Positions 1 through 8,025 of a stretch of 34,862 bases of DNA are shown here, in pieces. The translations under genes were made by a program, and so were the position numbers. The notes beneath the pieces are model-generated. The model ran no database searches, was not told where the DNA came from, and saw nothing but the letters and a program-made list of their open reading frames with translations. Source of the stretch: a bacterium (GTDB lineage Bacteria; Eisenbacteria; RBG-16-71-46); assembly GCA_043779265.1 (NCBI GenBank), contig JAYWEM010000150.1, forward strand, positions 1 to 34,862. Reading direction: 5' to 3'. The stretch's first letter is position 1, and each line of letters starts with the position of its first letter.

Positions 1-1449
1 CAGCAGGAGCAGTGGGCGGTGTGCCCTCCGTGATCTCCCGGCGAGCAGCGTGAGATCCGCGGCGTCCGCTCCGAACAGCGGGTCCGCGAGCGTCAGATAG
101 ACAGCCATCGAGTCGCCGGCGTCCGCGACGGAGCGCAGCATCATCAGGCACAACGTCACCTCGGGCCGCGAGTAGAGCCCGCGCATGCCGACGCGCCGGA
201 ACCGGATGCCTCGGGCCTGCAGGGCCAAGGCGATGGCGTCCAAGTGCGAGTGGGCGCGGGCGAGCACGGCGCACTCGCTGGCCCCGAGTCCACTGCGAAT
301 CGCGACTTCGAGATCCGCGGCGACGGCATCCGCCTCGTCGCTGCCCGTCGCATACGTGCGATGGATCACTTCGCCCTGGAACGGATCGCCGTCCTCGGCG
401 ATTCGCTGTGAGCGCAACCGCTTGTCGTAGCCCCGCATCGACTCGAGTCGTGCGGGGTTGTTGTGCTGGATCAGCGTGTGCGCGCTGTTCAGGATCCGCT
501 GACCCGACCGGTAGTTCCGCGTGAGCAGGATCTCGCGCGAGTCGGGATACGTGTCGAGGAAGCCGAGCAGGTTCTCGACGCGCGCGCCTCGGAAGCGATA
601 GATGCTCTGGTCGTCGTCCCCGACCACGGTCAGATTCCGCCGCTCGCCGGCGAGCAATCGAACGAGTTCGAACTGGACGCGGTTCGTGTCCTGGAACTCA
701 TCGACGAGGATCCAACGATAGCGGTCCTGGATCTGACGCCTCACCCAGGCGCGCTCACGGAGCAATCGGAGAGCGAGCGAGATCTGCGAACCGAAGTCGA
801 GCCGACCCGCCGCGAACAGAAGCCGCTCATAGTTCGCGTAGACACGCGCCTTCTCGGTCTCGGCCTCGGCTCGGTCGCGTTTCTCAGCGTCGTTGCCGGC
901 CCCGGCCACAAGACTCTCGGCGAACTCGCGATAGCGCTCGGCTGAGATGTCCTCGTTCCGCGCGCGGTCGATGAGGGCGACGAAGGCGCGCAGGTGAGCG
1001 TCGGGCCGTCCCATCGGCAGGTAGCGCTTGAGCCCGAGCTCGAACAGCCGTTCCCTCAGGAACACGAGGATCTCGGCGTCGCTCTCGACGCGGAGCGGGC
1101 TCGTCAGCCCGAGTTCCACCGCATTCTCGCGCACGAGGCGGTCGCAGAAGGCGTGGAACGTGGAGACCGTCGCACCGACGAGTCCGAAGGGGACCAGTTG
1201 GTCGACGCGCGCCTCCATCTCCGCTGCGGCCTTGTCGGTGAAGGTGAGCGCGAGGATCTGCTCGGGCCGTGCCCGAGCTGTGGCGATCAGCCAGGCGATA
1301 CGCCGCGTGACCACCTGCGTCTTGCCCGTACCGGCACCTGCGACGATGAGGAGCGGGCCCTCACCGTGCATGACCGCTTCACGTTGTTCGTCATTGAGAC
1401 CGGCGAGTACGGCATCATCCGCTCGCGGCGGATCGGCGGCGGTGGTCAT
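1..1449 (-). CDS. ATP-dependent DNA helicase, UvrD/PcrA (SF1A) family, 3' end outside window
   Basis: Manual translation from ATG at 1449: MTTAADPPRADDAVLAGLNDEQREAVMHGEGPLLIVAGAGTGKT (Q motif and Walker A), ALTFTDKAA, STFHAFC, LVDEFQDTN (Walker B), VGDDDQSIYRFRGA, LTRNYRS. Frame stays open to position 1. Confidence 0.95.
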   Translation of the reverse strand, partial: MTTAADPPRADDAVLAGLNDEQREAVMHGEGPLLIVAGAGTGKTQVVTRRIAWLIATARARPEQILALTFTDKAAAEMEARVDQLVPFGLVGATVSTFHAFCDRLVRENAVELGLTSPLRVESDAEILVFLRERLFELGLKRYLPMGRPDAHLRAFVALIDRARNEDISAERYREFAESLVAGAGNDAEKRDRAEAETEKARVYANYERLLFAAGRLDFGSQISLALRLLRERAWVRRQIQDRYRWILVDEFQDTNRVQFELVRLLAGERRNLTVVGDDDQSIYRFRGARVENLLGFLDTYPDSREILLTRNYRSGQRILNSAHTLIQHNNPARLESMRGYDKRLRSQRIAEDGDPFQGEVIHRTYATGSDEADAVAADLEVAIRSGLGASECAVLARAHSHLDAIALALQARGIRFRRVGMRGLYSRPEVTLCLMMLRSVADAGDSMAVYLTLADPLFGADAADLTLLAGRSRRAHRPLLLL

Positions 1450-1455
1450 GTCGCG

Positions 1456-1464
1456 ACGCTATCA
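1456..1464 (-). promoter_or_regulatory. Extended -10 promoter (TG-A-TAGCGT) for the helicase, probably leaderless
   Basis: Minus strand reads TGATAGCGT; the hexamer ends 6 nt before the ATG at 1449 and no Shine-Dalgarno is seen. Confidence 0.5.
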
Positions 1465-1481
1465 CATAGACTCGCGCGCTC

Positions 1482-3047
1482 ATGATCCCCATGCACGGCA
1501 CTTTCCGACTCCGCATTGCGTGTCTCCCGATGCTCCTGCTGGTGCTGACGGGGCAGGGATGCGCGCCTGCGCCCACGCCGGCGTCGCGAGCGGTCTGGGT
1601 CGCGGGCGCGCCGATGCCCGTGTTCGATCCGCACGGCGTCGCCGACCCGCTGCGAGAAGTGCTCGAGCGATCGATCTCGCGAGGACTCACCGAGCTCGAC
1701 TCGCTCGGGGCGGTGATGCCCGCTCTCGCCGCCCGGTGGGCGTGGTCGGCCGATCGCTGCACGCTCCGCTTCACGTTGCGAGCGGGGCTGCGATTCGCGG
1801 ACGACTCGCTTGTCCACCCTGAGGATGTCCGAACGGCCCTCGTGGCCGCTCTCGCCCGCACCGATCATCGTCGCAGCGGCCACCTGCTCGCAGCGGTGAA
1901 GGGTGTCGAGCCCGGCCGCGCTCGTAAGGTGACGCCGCTCGGAATCGAGGCGGTCGACGACAGCACGCTCGTCTTCGCGCTCTCGCGTCCGGATTCGATG
2001 TTGCCGGCCAAGCTCGCTCTGCACGGCATTTCCGCGCCATGGCGCGGTGACCGAGCGGGTTGGGCGAGCGTCGTCGGCTGCGGCCCCTATCGCGTGGTGG
2101 GTTCGAATGCGAGGCGATCGATGCGACTGGTCCGGCGCGACGGCCCGCTGCCGTTTCGCGCGACCGTCGACACCCTCGACATCCGATTCGAGCCGAGTGT
2201 GAACCGAGTGAGGGATCTGCTTCGGGACGGAGTCGTCGACGTGCTGTGGCCACTGCCGCCCGCCATGCTCGACTCCGATCCGCCGGCGGGCTACAAGGCG
2301 GTGCAAGCGGCGGCTCGTCCAGAGCGGCGACTCGTGCTCGTCCTCCGGGCGGACCGCCCACCTCTGACCCGATTCGACCGACGCCTCAAGCTGTCGCGTA
2401 CCTCCGAGTCCAAGGCGCTGATCTCGCGACTGGGGAGGACGGCTCACCCGGTCGGCGAGTGGGTGAAGGGAGGAGGAACTCCGACGCCGGTCCCCGCCGA
2501 GCCGATCGCGTCGCCTGGGTTCGGGGCGCCGGTCGCGACGCAGGAGCGGCCGAGCAGCCGGTCGTTCCACTTCAAGCTGGGCTGGGACGTCGACGGACCG
2601 GCTGCGAGGGCTGCGGGCTTGCTCGAGGAGCGGTGGGCGGAGGCTGGCCTCTATGTCGAGCGAGAGCCCTTGCGCGGCGCTCGCCTCGCCAGCCGCGCCC
2701 GCGCGCGCGAGGGGCCGCCGGCCATGCTCCTCATGGTTCAGCCCCTTTTCGAGGGACCCTCGGAAGCCATCGCACCCTTCGTGGAGAGCCCGAGCGGGGT
2801 CACGATCGTCGGTTTCCGGACCGGTTGGCGGCCCCAGGACCTCCAGGCGGCCCATTCCGGCCTCGAGGCGATCGGCCCGGAGGTCGCCCGGGAGCGGCTC
2901 GAGGCCGAGCGCGTGGCCATCCCGATCGCCCGGATCGACTGGTCCTGGTTCGAGCGTTCCGGGCGATCCGGCGCGCGTTCCCACCCACGTTTCGGGGTGG
3001 AACACACTGAACCCAAGGGGCCTGCCGATTCTCCGTTCGTCCGCTGA
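1482..3047 (+). CDS. ABC transporter substrate-binding protein, family 5 (OppA/DppA-like), probable lipoprotein
   Basis: Hydrophobic signal with lipobox-like LLLVLTGQG-C; SBP_bac_5-like segment GLTELDSLGAVMPALAARWAWSADRCTLRFTLRAGLRFADDSLVHPEDV; GCGPYRV. Start could be 1482, 1491 or 1530. Confidence 0.75.
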   Translation: MIPMHGTFRLRIACLPMLLLVLTGQGCAPAPTPASRAVWVAGAPMPVFDPHGVADPLREVLERSISRGLTELDSLGAVMPALAARWAWSADRCTLRFTLRAGLRFADDSLVHPEDVRTALVAALARTDHRRSGHLLAAVKGVEPGRARKVTPLGIEAVDDSTLVFALSRPDSMLPAKLALHGISAPWRGDRAGWASVVGCGPYRVVGSNARRSMRLVRRDGPLPFRATVDTLDIRFEPSVNRVRDLLRDGVVDVLWPLPPAMLDSDPPAGYKAVQAAARPERRLVLVLRADRPPLTRFDRRLKLSRTSESKALISRLGRTAHPVGEWVKGGGTPTPVPAEPIASPGFGAPVATQERPSSRSFHFKLGWDVDGPAARAAGLLEERWAEAGLYVEREPLRGARLASRARAREGPPAMLLMVQPLFEGPSEAIAPFVESPSGVTIVGFRTGWRPQDLQAAHSGLEAIGPEVARERLEAERVAIPIARIDWSWFERSGRSGARSHPRFGVEHTEPKGPADSPFVR

Positions 3048-3054
3048 GTTCGCG

Positions 3055-3063
3055 TGATAGGCT
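3055..3063 (+). promoter_or_regulatory. Extended -10 promoter (TG-A-TAGGCT) upstream of the C25 peptidase
   Basis: TGATAGGCT in the intergenic region, same pattern as at 1464(-) and 10377(+). Confidence 0.45.
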
Positions 3064-3207
3064 TTCGAGGACTCACTTGTCGTCTCGGGCCGTACTGCAT
3101 CCATGACCGAGAAGTTCCCTCACCCGGACGCTGGCCGCAGCGTGTGAACCGAGCGGGGGCTTTCTCGACGCCAGACTTCCGGCGCTCGTCCAGTAGGGAG
3201 ATCCCCC

Positions 3208-6200
3208 ATGCGCCTCGTTCTCGCCGCGTTCGCTGTCCTCCTCACTTCCGCCTCGACGGCGCCGGCCACTGCGGCGACGATCGAGCGTGAGTTCAGTTTC
3301 GAGACCTCCCGCGTGCGCGTCGAGGTCGTCGATGGACTGAGCGTCGTCTCCGCACGTCGATCGATGCCGGAGACCGAGGCTGGACGCCCCGACCTGCCGT
3401 GGTTCGCGGAACTGGTCGACGTGCCTGCCGGACAGCGCGTCTCGCGAGTCGAGGTGGTTTCGCTCGAGACCGCGCCGCTGGCATCGCAGGCCCGCCTGGC
3501 TCCCGCCGTCTCGCCCAGCCCGGGGCTCGGCCCGATTCTGCGCTCCACTGCCGACGATCGGTTCTTCGAGGGCGAGGCGATGCAGCCCGAGGAGTTCGTT
3601 CGACTCGGCACGCAGGGCAACTTGCGCGGCCGCGGAGTCGCGGGTCTCCAGATCGCGGTCGCGAGGTGGCAGCCTGCGACGGGCAAGCTCGAACGCATCG
3701 TCCGCGTCCGAGTGCGTCTGACGCTCGAGGCCGACGGATCGGATGTCGTTCGCCGCGAGCGCATCGTCCCCGAGTGGGAGGACTCGCCGCTGACGCCGAT
3801 GGAGTTGCGTGGGGTTCAGGTGTCGTCGATGACCGGCCCGTCTCGCGAGCCCGTGCCCTTCCGTCCGCAGCAGGTCCCCTCGCTGCTCGGCAGCCCAGTC
3901 GCCTATCTCATCATCACCAATGACGCGATGACCCCGACGTTCCAGCAGCTCGCCGATTGGAAGACGCAGACGGGCGTGCCCGCCGTCGTCCGCTCGATGA
4001 CATTCGTCCGCCAGCAGTACCCGAGCGGCGCGGATGACGCGGAGAAGCTCCGTCTCTTCATCCGCGATGCTTACTCCCGGTGGGGTACGAAGTGGGTGCT
4101 CCTGGGCGGTGACACGGATGTGATCCCCGAGCGCCTCGCGCGCACGCGATTCTACGGCGGCGAGTACATCGTCGCGGACCTCTACTACAGCGCGCTCGAT
4201 GGCAACTGGAATGCGGACGGCGACAGTCTATTCGGCGAGGGCTACCTCAACTCGCTCGATCCGGGCGATGCGGCGGACCTCTTCCCCGAAGTCTACGTCG
4301 GCCGCGCAGCCGTCTCGACGGTGGCCGAGGCGCAGGTGTTCGTGAACAAGACCCTCCAGTACGTGCGCAATCCGGTCGGGGACTACGAGCACAAGATCCT
4401 CATGTTCTCCGAGGTCCTCTTCCCGCAGGACTGGAATCCGTCGCTCCAGACCTCCCTCGACGGCGCCGAGCTGACCGAGGAACTGCTGCCGCTGTTCGAC
4501 CAGAAGCCGGCCATGACGCTGACGCGCCTCTACGAGAACCATCTCGACCCGCGCTGGCGTCCCGGCTCCACGCTCGAGACCCGCAGTGCGGTCATCGCGG
4601 CCCTGAACGCCGGCAACAACGTGTCGATCCACATCGGCCACGGCTATCGCAATGTCATGTCGGTCGGCGATGCCTCGCTGACCAATTCGGATGCGTTCGG
4701 GCTGACCAACGGCAATCGGCTCTTCAACCTCTACGCGAACAACTGCACCTCGAACGCCATCGACTTCCCCTGCATCGGGGAGGCGTTCATGAAGAATCCC
4801 AACGGCGGAGCGGTCACGAACGTGGGCTCGACGCGCTTCGACTTCCCGACCACGGGCCGTGTCTATCAGGAGGAGTACTTCCGGCTGTTCATCGAGCAGA
4901 GCGTCACGGCGGTCGGTGAGCTGCAGGCGAGGCAGAAGCTCCCGTTCATCGCCTTCTCCACCTACGACGGCGTCAATCGCTGGACGCAGATGACCCTGCT
5001 GATGCTGGGTGATCCCGAGCTGCGCATGTGGCAGCCGGGTATCCGGACGCTCGCCGTGAGCCATCCCGCGGCGATCGCGGTCTCCGATTCGCAGGTCGCG
5101 GTCACGGTGACGAGCAACGCACTTGCCGTCTCCGGGGCGCGCGTGGTGGCCTACCGGCCCGGCGATGAGTACGTGATCGTCACGACCGATGCGCTCGGTC
5201 AGGCGACGCTGCCCTTCCGTCCGGATGATGTCGGCTCGTTCACGCTGACCGTCACCGCATTCAACGCGGTGCCCTATCAGGCGACCGTGACGATCGCGGC
5301 GACCGCGGGCGTCTCGCTGGCCGATGGCGCACGCACGATCGATGATGACAACATCGGCGGCACGATCGGTGACGGCGATGGGCTGATCGATGCCGGCGAG
5401 ACGATCGATCTGCGCATCCCGGTGATCAATCGTGGTGCGCTCACGGCCACGGGTGTCACCGCGTCGCTCTCGACCACGGACCCGCTGATCACCGTATCCG
5501 CGGGGTTCACCGTCCACGGCACGATCGCCGGTGGCGCGACCTCGAACCCGGCGTCGTCATACCGCATCTCGTTCCCTTACGATCTCGTGGACCAGCGGGA
5601 GGTCCCGTTCACGCTGCATCTCGCGTCGGGTGGGGTGAGGTGGACGGAGAAGTTCCAGTTGGTCGTGCGAGCCCCGGAGCTCTGGCACTACGGCCACACG
5701 TACAGTGAGACGGGCGGCACACCCAACGGCATTCCGGATGTGGGCGAGACGATCACTTATGGAATCCGTCTGCGGAACAACGGGACTGGAGTCGCCCGCG
5801 GCGTCAGTGTGAAGCTTCGCAGCTACGATGGGCTGGCCACCGTGCTCGACAGCACCTCGACGTTGGGGGATGTCGCGAGCGGCGTGGAGGCCACCGGCGA
5901 TGGTGTTCAGTTCGTCGTGAGCTCCACCAGCGCCAAGCTGGCCCTGGTTGTCTCCGACGTTTACGGGCAGTTGTTCACGCGTCTGCTCGATCTGACTCCT
6001 CCCACGGTGCCTGCGGGGATCGTCGGCACCGGCAAGGCCTCGAGCATGACACTCGTCTGGGCGCGGGCCACGAGTGCCGATCTGCTCGGCTACCATGTGT
6101 ATCGCAGTACCGCCCTGGCTGGCCCCTTCTCGCGTGTGACGCCCGTTCCAACCGGCCGAACGGCGTACTACAGTGATCAGAACCTCTCGGCACTGACTCG

Positions 6201-7908
6201 CTACTACTATCGCCTGACCTCCGTCGATTCCTCGGGCAACGAGTCGGCCCTCTCGCTGACGTCGAACGCCAGCACGAACCCGCCGACGCATGCGATCTTC
6301 CCGGTTCCGACGGGTCGCAATACGCCCGCCTCGACGGCACTCGAGTTCGTGTATCACGGCTCGCAGATGTCGATCTTCACGGGAGCCGACAAGGTCTACG
6401 TCATCAACGCGGACGGCAGTGCACCGGTCGACGCGGATGGGACGACGGTCACGACGGGTGATTTCAGTCTTCGCGGCGAGTACTTCGCCGCGGGACCCTC
6501 GGTGGCGACGCTGGCGCCGGGTCAGGGCTGGTCGGTGGTCGCTCCCTCGTGGGATTCGACCGCCGTCTACGTGTTCGACACGCAGGGGCAGGTGCGTCCG
6601 GGCTGGCCGCTCTACGTGAACAGTGGTCTGTGGTCGGCGGCCACCATCGGCGACATCGATGGCGACGGTGACATGGAGATCGCCTTCGGTTCGAACGGTC
6701 CCAACTTCTACGTCATGAACCACGACGGCACCGAGTACCGGGATGGCGATTCGAACCCGGCGACCAAGGGCGTGTTCAAGGTTCTCGCGTCGTCGTTCAA
6801 CTACGGCACCGCCGCCATGGCCGACATCGACAACGATGGTCTGGCCGAGATCATCTACGGCGGGTTCGACGGCCGACTCTACGCATGGAACGCGGATGGA
6901 AGCTCCGTTCCTGGTTTCCCGCTGGTGACCACCGGCAACATCACGGCGTCCGTTGCGATCGGCTATCTCGATGGCCCCGGCGACACGAGCCCCGAGATCA
7001 TCTTCCCGTCGACCAACGATTCGCTCTATGTGCTCCAGTCCAACGGACTTCGTCGTCCGGGCTGGCCGGTCTGGACGCGGACGTCCGGGTCGACGCGCAC
7101 GCCTTCTCCGGCTCTGGCGGACATCAACAACGACGGCTTCCTCGATATCGTCTGGCAGAGCACGAACGGCGGGCTCTACGTGTGGAACCGCACCGGCACG
7201 CTGATCCCGCCGTTCGGGAATCTGCGCTACAGCCCGTTCACCAATGGCGCCTCCGAGAGCAGCCCAGTCGTGGCGGACCTCAATGGCGACGGCTTCAACG
7301 ACATGCTGGTGGGTGATGAGACCGGGTTGCTGACCGCCTTCTCGGGCCTGAACGGACAGATCCTGGCGGGATTCCCGATCCAGCTCGAGGCCGAGATCCG
7401 CGGCACGGCGGCGGTCGGGGACATCGACCGCGACGGGATGACCGAGATCGTGGTGACGGGATGGGACAAGAACGTCTATGTGTGGGACTACGACTTCCCG
7501 TTCTCCCCGAACGGTCCCGCGCCGTGGCCGCAGTTCCATCACGATGCCCGCCGCACCGGATTCTTCAACGCCCCGCTGTTCGTGGGCGTCGACCCCGCTC
7601 CAGGCGGGACCGGGCCGGTGGCGAGAGTGGAGCTGAGTGCGGTGGCGCCGAATCCGGCGCGACACTCGACGAGACTCTGGTTCGGCGTTCCCGCCGAGAT
7701 GGCGGGGCAGTCCTACGAGATGGCGATCCACGATCTCTCCGGTCGCCTCATCAAACGGGTCGAGACGGGCGTTGCCTCCTCGGGTCGCTTCTCGCTCGAA
7801 TGGAACCTCCAGGGCGAGGACGGACGGCTGGTCGAAGGTGGCGTGTACTTCGCGCGCCTGACACTCGGCGGACAGAGCGCCACCAGGAAGCTCGTCGTCC
7901 TGCAGTGA
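3208..7908 (+). CDS. Secreted C25-family (gingipain-like) cysteine peptidase with propeptide, Ig-like repeats, FN3, FG-GAP repeats and FlgD-Ig/T9SS-like C-terminal domain
   Basis: Signal peptide; C25 propeptide-like GRPDLP; YLIIT, WVLLGGDTDVIP, DLYYSALDGNWNADGD, EVYVGR; catalytic His (HIGHG) and Cys (NNCTS); LLMLGDPEL; FN3 (LLGYHVYRS...YYYRLTSVDSSGNES); repeats GDIDGDGDMEI, ADIDNDGLAEI, ADINNDGFLDI, ADLNGDGFNDM, GDIDRDGMTEI; C-terminus APNPARH...GGVYFARL...RKLVVLQ. RBS AGGGAG upstream. Confidence 0.9.
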   Translation: MRLVLAAFAVLLTSASTAPATAATIEREFSFETSRVRVEVVDGLSVVSARRSMPETEAGRPDLPWFAELVDVPAGQRVSRVEVVSLETAPLASQARLAPAVSPSPGLGPILRSTADDRFFEGEAMQPEEFVRLGTQGNLRGRGVAGLQIAVARWQPATGKLERIVRVRVRLTLEADGSDVVRRERIVPEWEDSPLTPMELRGVQVSSMTGPSREPVPFRPQQVPSLLGSPVAYLIITNDAMTPTFQQLADWKTQTGVPAVVRSMTFVRQQYPSGADDAEKLRLFIRDAYSRWGTKWVLLGGDTDVIPERLARTRFYGGEYIVADLYYSALDGNWNADGDSLFGEGYLNSLDPGDAADLFPEVYVGRAAVSTVAEAQVFVNKTLQYVRNPVGDYEHKILMFSEVLFPQDWNPSLQTSLDGAELTEELLPLFDQKPAMTLTRLYENHLDPRWRPGSTLETRSAVIAALNAGNNVSIHIGHGYRNVMSVGDASLTNSDAFGLTNGNRLFNLYANNCTSNAIDFPCIGEAFMKNPNGGAVTNVGSTRFDFPTTGRVYQEEYFRLFIEQSVTAVGELQARQKLPFIAFSTYDGVNRWTQMTLLMLGDPELRMWQPGIRTLAVSHPAAIAVSDSQVAVTVTSNALAVSGARVVAYRPGDEYVIVTTDALGQATLPFRPDDVGSFTLTVTAFNAVPYQATVTIAATAGVSLADGARTIDDDNIGGTIGDGDGLIDAGETIDLRIPVINRGALTATGVTASLSTTDPLITVSAGFTVHGTIAGGATSNPASSYRISFPYDLVDQREVPFTLHLASGGVRWTEKFQLVVRAPELWHYGHTYSETGGTPNGIPDVGETITYGIRLRNNGTGVARGVSVKLRSYDGLATVLDSTSTLGDVASGVEATGDGVQFVVSSTSAKLALVVSDVYGQLFTRLLDLTPPTVPAGIVGTGKASSMTLVWARATSADLLGYHVYRSTALAGPFSRVTPVPTGRTAYYSDQNLSALTRYYYRLTSVDSSGNESALSLTSNASTNPPTHAIFPVPTGRNTPASTALEFVYHGSQMSIFTGADKVYVINADGSAPVDADGTTVTTGDFSLRGEYFAAGPSVATLAPGQGWSVVAPSWDSTAVYVFDTQGQVRPGWPLYVNSGLWSAATIGDIDGDGDMEIAFGSNGPNFYVMNHDGTEYRDGDSNPATKGVFKVLASSFNYGTAAMADIDNDGLAEIIYGGFDGRLYAWNADGSSVPGFPLVTTGNITASVAIGYLDGPGDTSPEIIFPSTNDSLYVLQSNGLRRPGWPVWTRTSGSTRTPSPALADINNDGFLDIVWQSTNGGLYVWNRTGTLIPPFGNLRYSPFTNGASESSPVVADLNGDGFNDMLVGDETGLLTAFSGLNGQILAGFPIQLEAEIRGTAAVGDIDRDGMTEIVVTGWDKNVYVWDYDFPFSPNGPAPWPQFHHDARRTGFFNAPLFVGVDPAPGGTGPVARVELSAVAPNPARHSTRLWFGVPAEMAGQSYEMAIHDLSGRLIKRVETGVASSGRFSLEWNLQGEDGRLVEGGVYFARLTLGGQSATRKLVVLQ

Positions 7909-7967
7909 GCCGTGCATGACGTGAACGGGGCGTCTCGGTGACGAGGCGCCCCGTTCGCATGCACGGC
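7909..7967 (+). terminator. Long stem-loop after the C25 gene (terminator or mRNA-stabilising hairpin)
   Basis: GCCGTGCAT(7909-17) pairs with ATGCACGGC(7959-67); GTGAACGGGGCGTCTCG(7921-37) pairs with CGAGGCGCCCCGTTCGC(7942-58); GTGA tetraloop; no U-tract. Confidence 0.65.
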
Positions 7968-7969
7968 GC

Positions 7970-7999
7970 TTGACCCTCGAGTGCGCGTCTCCGTAGTGT
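7970..7999 (+). promoter_or_regulatory. Sigma70-type promoter of gltX (TTGACC-N18-TAGTGT)
   Basis: -35 at 7970-75, -10 at 7994-99, followed by RBS GAGAGGAG and ATG 8026. Confidence 0.6.
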
Positions 8000-8025
8000 C
8001 GCGCACCCCGCGAGAGAGGAGAACA

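Noticed and set aside
463..1485. Plus-strand ORFs 463-945 and 994-1485
   Set aside because: Antisense shadows of the helicase, whose motifs are clear on the minus strand.
1446..3104. 552-aa minus-strand ORF whose stop overlaps the helicase ATG
   Set aside because: Antisense to the SBP5 gene, Arg/Pro-rich with no motifs; typical high-GC shadow ORF, and a -10 box sits directly before the helicase.
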